A stretch of DNA of 64,000 bases from an uncultured Pseudomonadota bacterium. Its GTDB lineage: Bacteria; Babelota; Babeliae; Babelales; Vermiphilaceae. Where the stretch lies: assembly GCA_964647685.1 (NCBI GenBank), contig CAZYJE010000006.1, forward strand, positions 25,624 to 89,623. The letters run 5' to 3'. Below the pieces are notes generated by a model. That model saw only the letters and a list, made by a program, of their open reading frames with translations. It had not been told where the DNA came from and did not search any database. This document shows positions 58,022-64,000 of this stretch, in pieces. Each line of letters begins with the position of its first letter. Within the stretch, counting starts at the first letter, position 1. The position numbers were made by a program, and so were the translations under genes.

Positions 58022-58054
58022 AAATAAAAATATCCGCTCAATTTAGAGCGGATA
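58022..58054 (-). terminator. rho-independent terminator for the 58208..58690 transcript
   Basis: TATCCGCTC-AATTTA-GAGCGGATA. On the minus strand it is followed by TTTTTATTTA. Confidence 0.55.
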
Positions 58055-58060
58055 TAATAA

Positions 58061-58088
58061 AATTCTGATAATGTATATTATGTAAAAA
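58061..58088. other. dif: candidate dif site (XerC/XerD chromosome dimer resolution site)
   Basis: AATTCTGATAA-TGTATA-TTATGTAAAAA. The central hexamer is identical to E. coli dif, the right arm matches E. coli at 9/11 positions and the first 9 nt of the B. subtilis arm, and the inner ATAA of the left arm is conserved. The site lies at a convergent polarity switch. Confidence 0.65.
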
Positions 58089-58207
58089 ATCTTATGCTTT
58101 ATTTAAAGGAAAAATCAAAGTTTAGATAAGTTACTTATAAAAATCCATGTTAACTAGATATTAAAACATTTAAAATTAAAAATCAATAAATTAATAATTT
58201 TCTTTTA

Positions 58208-58690
58208 TCATTTCTTAAAACTTAATAAATATCCATCAAAAGAATATTTTGATTCTTCATAGCACTCATTGAAGCTACTACTTTCTTTATCGTGCCTATC
58301 AAAAATTTTTTTTACTTGGCAAAAGCATTCATCAAAACTCTCTTTTTTAATAAAAAATTGATCCGAATAAAAATTATTACTTATACATAACTTTTTTAAT
58401 GACCTGTTACTATCTATTTCATCTCTATTTCTTTTTTTACTATTCTCAATATTTTCAAACAAACCACTCTCTTTTACACTATCAATATCCGGGTCAAAGA
58501 CTTTTTCTCGTAAATAGTCATCTAACCTTTTCTCTCGATCAGTAAGAAAATTTTTAATCTTTTTCTTGCTTCTTACATGTGTTGTACAAACTGTACGAAA
58601 TTTTCCATCGAGACATTTAACTCTTCTGGAAACAGAGGCAATTTTATTATTGAATAACAATACTAGTGCAAATAAAAATACTTTATACAT
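58208..58690 (-). CDS. hypothetical secreted protein
   Basis: 160 aa with signal-like MYKVFLFALVLLFNNKIASV. Orphan. Confidence 0.5.
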   Translation of the reverse strand: MYKVFLFALVLLFNNKIASVSRRVKCLDGKFRTVCTTHVRSKKKIKNFLTDREKRLDDYLREKVFDPDIDSVKESGLFENIENSKKRNRDEIDSNRSLKKLCISNNFYSDQFFIKKESFDECFCQVKKIFDRHDKESSSFNECYEESKYSFDGYLLSFKK

Positions 58691-58788
58691 ATCAACTATC
58701 TTCTATCTGGAAACTATAATTAAACTCAAGTTTTATCAATTAATCTTTAATTATATATTTTCAATATAAAACATCAATAATAATTGTA

Positions 58789-59775
58789 TTATTTTAGAAC
58801 ATAAGCTACTCTTTCTAGATAATTTCTATTATTAAATATAAAATATTTAATTGAATTATTTTCATAATTATATCTTGGAACTAATGGAAAAATTGACTCT
58901 TGTAAATATTTTTTACTATCACTAGTTAAAACCTCTAACGGCACGCTAAAAGAAAAAAGTTTTTCATCACTCCATATACCACTTTTTAAATTAATTTGAT
59001 GATAAAAAAATTTTATTGCTTTATCATTTTTATCTATAGCTGCTTTATGCGTTAAGTAAAAACCCATAGAATTAGAAGCCATTGTTAAAAACAAAATAGG
59101 ATCTTTTTGGCTGCTAATAATAGTCAATGATTGCAACTCATCTATTTCTATTTTTTTTTCTTTATTTTCTTGCTCTAACAATAAAGCCACTTTTTCTTCA
59201 AAAGAACAACTACCATCAATAAATAAATCTTTTTTCATTAAAGGATATGCAGCGCTTTTTATGGAGTACAAACCATCAACTCTTTCAACATAAAATAACA
59301 AATCATCTATTTTTTGAGGGTACAAATAATCAATGCCTTCCTTTTCTAGTAAAATAGAGACATTACCATCAACGCCTATTTGATACAGACCGTAATTGTC
59401 ACAATATTTCGCACTTGCATAAAAACAAACACTATCTATCCAATGCAGTAAAGTAAAATTATATAGGGGATAGTATAAATCAAGAGACTGGGGGCAACGT
59501 TTATGAAATTTTTTGACTCTGATTCTTCCATTATCAATAAAGCTAAAACCACTTTTGTTTGGAAGCAGCCTTACTCCAAATGGAACATAAGAAGAAGAAA
59601 GAAGCTTTTCTTTTTTAGTTGTTTTCTTGCTCCATAAAACAACTTGAATGTTACGCCCTTCTTTTTGGTCCATGCAAATAAATCTATCTGAATCTAACTG
59701 AGCAACAGGGTAAAAATAATCCTGAGAATATAAAGAAGTGCAGAAAAATAAAATAATGAATTTTAGAAACTTCAT
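58789..59775 (-). CDS. hypothetical secreted protein (possibly beta-rich/propeller-like)
   Basis: 328 aa with signal MKFLKFIILFFCTSLYSQ. Recurrent short beta-strand-like segments. Family not recognised. Confidence 0.55.
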   Translation of the reverse strand: MKFLKFIILFFCTSLYSQDYFYPVAQLDSDRFICMDQKEGRNIQVVLWSKKTTKKEKLLSSSYVPFGVRLLPNKSGFSFIDNGRIRVKKFHKRCPQSLDLYYPLYNFTLLHWIDSVCFYASAKYCDNYGLYQIGVDGNVSILLEKEGIDYLYPQKIDDLLFYVERVDGLYSIKSAAYPLMKKDLFIDGSCSFEEKVALLLEQENKEKKIEIDELQSLTIISSQKDPILFLTMASNSMGFYLTHKAAIDKNDKAIKFFYHQINLKSGIWSDEKLFSFSVPLEVLTSDSKKYLQESIFPLVPRYNYENNSIKYFIFNNRNYLERVAYVLK

Positions 59776-59835
59776 AAAACCAACTCCTTTATAAAAAGTA
59801 TAAAACCTTAATTGTTTATAATTTATAATATTATT

Positions 59836-59875
59836 AAAAAATAAACCACCGCGGCAACCGAAGTTATCGCGGTGG
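59836..59875 (-). terminator. GC-rich hairpin with T-run on the minus strand (terminator of recF read-through or of a small RNA)
   Basis: CCACCGCG-14 nt-CGCGGTGG (59846-59875). On the minus strand it is followed by TTTATTTTTT. Confidence 0.5.
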
Positions 59876-60092
59876 AAAAAAGGAGAGTAGTAATGAAGCC
59901 TAAATTAAAGCGTGCTATCAATTACTTGATTAACACTATAATAATAATACTGTAAATGATCAGAATGTCAATTAAAATAAAAAATAATAATTCAACATTA
60001 TAAATGATTATTAAGTATCATTATCAATTAGAATATAACAGCCTGGAGCTACTGTCAACAGCCCCAAAATAGAAAAACCCTTTCAAATGGGG

Positions 60093-61181
60093 CTATTGGA
60101 TATTTAAAGAGCATTTTTTAGCATTTAATTGCATCAGCAAGTCGTCAAATAGCCCTTTGTTAATAGGTGAGGTAAAAATAAGCTGATTTGAAAGAGTCGA
60201 AAGAAATGATATAAGTTTTTTGAGCCTCAATTCGTCAAAATCGGTCATAAAATCGTCCAAAAGCAATGTTGCAAGCCCTTTTTTATCTTGCAAGTGCTGT
60301 AATTGAGCTATTTTAAGGAGTAAAACAGTTAATTTCTGCTGTCCTCGTGACGCATAATTTTTACTCTTCTTGTCTTGAAACTTTATCAATATGTCGTCTA
60401 AATGGGCGCCAAACAAAGTTCTTTTGCAAGTAACTTCTTTTAAAGAGAATTCATGATCTTGCAAAAAAACAGCTACAGATTTTCCTATTACCTCTTTCTT
60501 AGGTCTAAATTCCAGGCAAACTTGTAGTTGTTCATCAAAAATAGTTGTTAACATTACATTAATGCGATTTTCAAAATCTTTGAGTAACTGTATGCGTAAT
60601 TTATGAATCTCAGCTGTTTTTTGCCATAAAAGCTTGGTCCAAACTACAAAAGAGTCTTTATCAATTTTAAAAGCTCTTAAAAGGCTATTTCTATTATCAA
60701 GTACTTTTTTGTACTCTCTAAGCATTTTACCATACAGAGGATCTTGTAATAAAATTGCCTGATCTATAAAACTTCTTCTAACCTCTGGGCCACCTTTAAT
60801 CAAAAAAAGATCATCTTCTGTTAACGTAATAATACGATAATGATCCATCAACTCTTTAAACGAACTAATATTTTTTTGGTTCAGTTTTACAAGCCGTTTT
60901 TTCTTTTCAAAGCCAACTTGCAAACTACAATCCATTCTTTGCTCATTTGTTCCAGAGAAAAAATCTGTTTTTATAAAAAAAGTATCTTTACCAAATTGCA
61001 ACAAATTGCCAGGAGAATATGTTCTAAAAGAACGAAGATAACAAAGATAATGAAGAGCTTCAAGCAAAGTTGTTTTCCCAACTCCATTTACACCTTGAAT
61101 AACAACAATTTTGTTATCAAGATCTAACTTTAAGCTATCAAAACAACGAAAGTTTTTTATCTCTATGTGCTTTATGTGCAC
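60093..61181 (-). CDS. recF: DNA replication and repair protein RecF
   Basis: MHIKHIEIKNFRCF..., Walker A GVNGVGKTTLLEAL, signature SRGQQKL and Walker B LLLDDF. Confidence 0.92.
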   Translation of the reverse strand: MHIKHIEIKNFRCFDSLKLDLDNKIVVIQGVNGVGKTTLLEALHYLCYLRSFRTYSPGNLLQFGKDTFFIKTDFFSGTNEQRMDCSLQVGFEKKKRLVKLNQKNISSFKELMDHYRIITLTEDDLFLIKGGPEVRRSFIDQAILLQDPLYGKMLREYKKVLDNRNSLLRAFKIDKDSFVVWTKLLWQKTAEIHKLRIQLLKDFENRINVMLTTIFDEQLQVCLEFRPKKEVIGKSVAVFLQDHEFSLKEVTCKRTLFGAHLDDILIKFQDKKSKNYASRGQQKLTVLLLKIAQLQHLQDKKGLATLLLDDFMTDFDELRLKKLISFLSTLSNQLIFTSPINKGLFDDLLMQLNAKKCSLNIQ

Positions 61182-61199
61182 GACCTACCTTATCTTATA

Positions 61200-62324
61200 T
61201 TAGTTATTTGCTGTTGGAGAAACCGGCATAACCAAATAAACCAAGTTGAAATTTTCTGTTTTTGTTTCAAAAATAATTGGTCGAGATGAATCTTTTAAAG
61301 AAAATCCAATAGTACTATCAGAAAAAACTTGGAGTCCATTTAATAAGTAAGGAGCATAAAAACGAATATTCATATTTTCACCATCAAATTTTTCCAGCGG
61401 TACATTTTCTTCTAGTTTACCAACTTCTTTATTTTGCATAGACACATTCATATAATCAGATGTAAAATCAAATTTTGTAGCAATAAATTGTCCAGAAAGT
61501 AAACAAGAAGACCTTCTTAATGTTTTTATAAAATGAGTTCTGTCTACCGTTGCTCCAACAAATCCTTTTTTATCTAAAATTGGTTGATACTCAGGAAATG
61601 GATCAACAAGTAATTTTGTAAAAAAGTTAAATGATTCGCCAGAAAAAACTAACTGATTATTGCAAACTCCAAGAAATACATGAGCTGAATTAGAACCTTC
61701 CAAAATCTTTTTTAGTTCAAAAATTGCTCGCCTTGGCAGTAACCATTTTTTATCTTGCTCTAATGTATATTTAGATGAAGTAACTTGCGCCAAACAATGA
61801 CCATCGGTTGCTGTCATTTTAAGCTGATCACCAGAAATCTCTAAATACAAACCGTTAAGAGCTGTGTTTGAATTATTTTGCGGAATCAAAAAAGCAACTT
61901 TACTAAGAATTTCAAGCAAAAAAGATGACTCCATTTCCATCAAATTTTCTATGCGCTCTGGAAACGGTGGAAACTCTTGCGCATCTTTAATCTTAAGAGC
62001 CAAATTTACTGATCCAGACTTAATCAAAAGTTGATCATTTTTCATGTAAAATTCAATTTCACCATCAAGCTCTTTTACAAAGTCAAAAATTCGACGCCCT
62101 GAAACTAAAAAAGATTTTGGCTCTTCGATATCGCTACTTTTGACTAAATAACTTGCTTGTAGACTAATTTCTAAATCTGTACTTTTAAGTACTAATTCTT
62201 TGTGCCCGATATGAAATAAAATAGATGTTGTCGTATCAAGTGTCGTACGTTTTGTACAAATAGGTTGCATAGAAGATAGAATTGCCATTAAAGATTTTTG
62301 ATCTACAACAAATTTATTTTTCAT
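61200..62324 (-). CDS. dnaN: DNA polymerase III beta sliding clamp
   Basis: 374 aa with a three-domain repeat pattern; LNGLYLEISGDQLKMTATDGHCLA and the C-terminal YLVMPV are typical DnaN. Confidence 0.93.
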   Translation of the reverse strand: MKNKFVVDQKSLMAILSSMQPICTKRTTLDTTTSILFHIGHKELVLKSTDLEISLQASYLVKSSDIEEPKSFLVSGRRIFDFVKELDGEIEFYMKNDQLLIKSGSVNLALKIKDAQEFPPFPERIENLMEMESSFLLEILSKVAFLIPQNNSNTALNGLYLEISGDQLKMTATDGHCLAQVTSSKYTLEQDKKWLLPRRAIFELKKILEGSNSAHVFLGVCNNQLVFSGESFNFFTKLLVDPFPEYQPILDKKGFVGATVDRTHFIKTLRRSSCLLSGQFIATKFDFTSDYMNVSMQNKEVGKLEENVPLEKFDGENMNIRFYAPYLLNGLQVFSDSTIGFSLKDSSRPIIFETKTENFNLVYLVMPVSPTANN

Positions 62325-62441
62325 ATGATACCTGCCATGTTCAATGTACTAATATTTTTTATTTATAATCCTTCATTAGTATAATAAAGAACAAAAAAAT
62401 AGAAAGAAAATTAAGACATAATGATTGCTTCGCTCTTAATA

Positions 62442-62577
62442 AACTGGATTGCCACGCTTCGCTCGCAAAGACGAAAAAAGAATATTTATTTTCTATATAC
62501 ATATGATTTTTTAAATAAGAAAATAACCAAGTAACCTGTCTTTGCGAGCCTATAAAAATAGGCGCGGCAATCCAGTT
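62442..62577. repeat. GC-rich inverted-repeat element, locus B (U - 64-nt AT spacer - U')
   Basis: 62442-62473 is identical to 6300-6331. 62538-62577 (GTCTTTGCGA[GCCTATAAAAATAGGC]GCGGCAATCCAGTT) is the inverted partner and carries a different inserted hairpin. Confidence 0.75.
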
Positions 62578-62619
62578 TATTTTATAATATTTCATTTAAA
62601 AACTAAAAAATAAAAAACA

Positions 62620-63528
62620 TCACGAACGTGAATGTTTTTTGTCATAAACTTCACGTAAATAATTTGTATCCAAATGTGTATAAATTTGCACTGTCGATAA
62701 ATTTTCGTGCCCTAAAAGCAGCTGTAAAGACCTTAGGTCGGCTCCATTTTTCAGCATATGCGTTGCAAGCGAGTGCCGCAACTGATGGGGAGAAATCACT
62801 TTATCGCTGCCCGTTTTTTCCCACAGCTCTTTTAAAATAAACCAAAACGACTGACGAGAAATTGGCTTCATTTTGCCACCATAATAAACAGGGAACAAAT
62901 AATTACCTTTATTATGTTTTTTGCCACCATCTAAAAATTTATGCAAAACATCGGTAATATATTTTTTAAGCAAATCTAAAATAGAATCTGGAATTGGAAT
63001 ATGCCTACCCTTTCCACCCTTTCCTGCAACGGCAAGGACTTTAGAATCAAAATGAACTTGAGAAATAGTGAGTGTTGTAAGCTCTGTAATACGCATACCA
63101 GAAACATACAGTAAAAAAAGCATTACCTTGTTGCGAACGCCAATATCTGTTGTATCAAGCTCTGCAACTTGAAACAATTTTTTTAGTTCCAATTCGCTTA
63201 AATAACGTGGCAATTTTTTGTCTATTTTAGGGAAATGCAAATCGGTAGCATGATTTTTTGTTCCTAAATATTTGCTTGTGTAAGAAAAAAAAACCTTTAA
63301 AGAAGAAATTTTGCGAGCCATAGTACGAGCACTAAGATTCAGCTCTTTTAAATGGTACAAAAAACTTTTAACCTGCTCAGCTGTACAACTTTCAACAACT
63401 GCCTTATGAGTAATATGTAAAAAAGTAATCAGTTGCTTAATGTCCCGTTTGTAAGCATCAAAGGTATTTTTAGAAACTCGCTTTTCTGTAAGTAAAAATG
63501 TTTCAAAACGCATCAATGCCATACTCAT
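62620..63528 (-). CDS. xerD: tyrosine site-specific recombinase XerD
   Basis: N-terminal SAM-like domain (FETFLLTEKRVSKNTFDAYKRDIKQL), RQSFWFILKE (compare XerD RQTFWHRIKH, from memory), and catalytic HQLRHSLATHML...LLGHENLSTVQIYTH. Confidence 0.85.
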   Translation of the reverse strand: MSMALMRFETFLLTEKRVSKNTFDAYKRDIKQLITFLHITHKAVVESCTAEQVKSFLYHLKELNLSARTMARKISSLKVFFSYTSKYLGTKNHATDLHFPKIDKKLPRYLSELELKKLFQVAELDTTDIGVRNKVMLFLLYVSGMRITELTTLTISQVHFDSKVLAVAGKGGKGRHIPIPDSILDLLKKYITDVLHKFLDGGKKHNKGNYLFPVYYGGKMKPISRQSFWFILKELWEKTGSDKVISPHQLRHSLATHMLKNGADLRSLQLLLGHENLSTVQIYTHLDTNYLREVYDKKHSRS

Positions 63529-63558
63529 TTTCTACTCCCCAACTGTGTTTATTCAGTA

Positions 63559-63732
63559 CTATAATTTTACTTTTTTAAAAAAATTTTTTACATTTTTTTG
63601 ATCATATTTCTTTTTATTAAGAATTTCTGTTAATTTTCCCATTACTTTACGAAAATTAACAGGATTAAATTTTAAACCTGTTGTATTTGTACTTAAAAAA
63701 TAAAACAAAGCTACCAAAAAAGGTTTTTTCAT
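63559..63732 (-). CDS. possible 57-aa secreted peptide
   Basis: Below the track cutoff. Product MKKPFLVALFYFLSTNTTG... (signal-like), then a basic tail. The preceding AAGGATAAAG is a plausible RBS. Confidence 0.35.
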   Translation of the reverse strand: MKKPFLVALFYFLSTNTTGLKFNPVNFRKVMGKLTEILNKKKYDQKNVKNFFKKVKL

Positions 63733-63752
63733 GACTTTATCCTTATCTAATA

Positions 63753-63980
63753 TTAATATGCCTTTGCTACAAGTACATCTGTTGCACTTTCTTTGCTACA
63801 ATTAAAGCACTCTTTTTTTGTTTGTTCTTCAAGCAAGCAGCGTGTAAATGCCTGATATTTTTTCAGCTCTTGCTCACATGCTGGATTTAAACACCACCCT
63901 GTTTGATAAAATCCACCATCATCTTTCATTTGTTTGCCAAAATCTGCAAGTTTTTCTACTTGGTGCCAATTGTCTTGCAT
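63753..63980 (-). CDS. hypothetical Cys-containing protein
   Basis: 75-aa ORF from the track, close to the window edge. No family recognised. Confidence 0.4.
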   Translation of the reverse strand: MQDNWHQVEKLADFGKQMKDDGGFYQTGWCLNPACEQELKKYQAFTRCLLEEQTKKECFNCSKESATDVLVAKAY

Positions 63981-64000
63981 ACGCTTTTTTGCATTTTCAA

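Noticed and set aside
57941-58066. The repeated 13-mer ATAATAAAATTCT (near 57944 and 58054), as possible iterons.
   Set aside because: There are only two copies of an all-A/T-rich word in very AT-rich DNA, so chance is a sufficient explanation.
57752-58207. The long AT-rich non-coding gap as a candidate oriC.
   Set aside because: Flanking genes converge on it rather than diverge. I found only one relaxed DnaA-box-like 9-mer (GTTTTCACA near 57988-57996). The gap also contains a dif-like site, which points to a terminus rather than an origin.
59893-59955. 20-codon ORF with a strong SD as a bona fide type I toxin.
   Set aside because: The hydrophobic stretch (13 residues) is too short for a transmembrane helix. 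I keep it only as part of the antisense-RNA hypothesis.
62359-62595. 78-aa minus-strand ORF between dnaN and xerD.
   Set aside because: Its reading frame is generated by the GC-rich inverted-repeat element (62442-62577). It has no RBS and resembles no protein.
62620-63528. Tyrosine recombinase as a phage or ICE integrase marking a mobile element.
   Set aside because: Its size (302 aa), N-terminal domain and RQSFW/HQLRH/LLGH...YTH blocks fit XerD. No phage, conjugation or transposase genes and no tRNA-flanked direct repeats lie nearby.

Overview
Gene-dense, visibly AT-rich bacterial chromosome segment. G+C was not computed; the only GC-rich islands are two tRNAs and a few intergenic hairpins and repeats. 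I support about 60 protein genes and 2 tRNAs (Phe-GAA, Arg-UCG). I see no rRNA, CRISPR, transposase or phage genes. Recognisable housekeeping genes are pheS, galU, ppsA, brnQ, pyrG, tlyA, psd-pssA, dnaA, pgk, a LolC/E-type permease, rpiB, a trxB-trx fusion, pepA, thyX, ftsW, murD, ileS, lnt, rplI, dnaB, ruvC, recF, dnaN and xerD. There are also two Deg/HtrA-type proteases, an FtsH-like AAA protein and a three-gene pseudopilin cluster. Roughly a third of the genes encode orphan Lys/Asn-rich proteins with signal-peptide-like N-termini. Together with the tight packing (many 4-nt overlaps), this suggests a host-associated or intracellular lineage; Dependentiae/TM6-like is only my guess. Most noteworthy observations: (1) A near-canonical XerCD dif site at 58061-58088 sits exactly where gene polarity converges, so it is a probable replication terminus. 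Yet dnaN-recF, dnaB, ruvC, xerD and even dnaA lie within 2-36 kb of it, and dnaA has no visible DnaA-box cluster. (2) A GC-rich 32-nt unit occurs in inverted pairs at two intergenic loci (REP/REPIN/BIME-like family). (3) A cell-wall amidase is split by a frameshift in an A13 run. (4) A perfect 36-bp tandem duplication covers a pseudopilin start codon. (5) An FtsH-like protein has a destroyed HEXXH site. (6) Several proteins show candidate eukaryote-like effector folds (an OTU/Josephin-like cysteine protease, a secreted kinase-like protein). All functional calls rest on motif recognition by eye; none was checked against a database.
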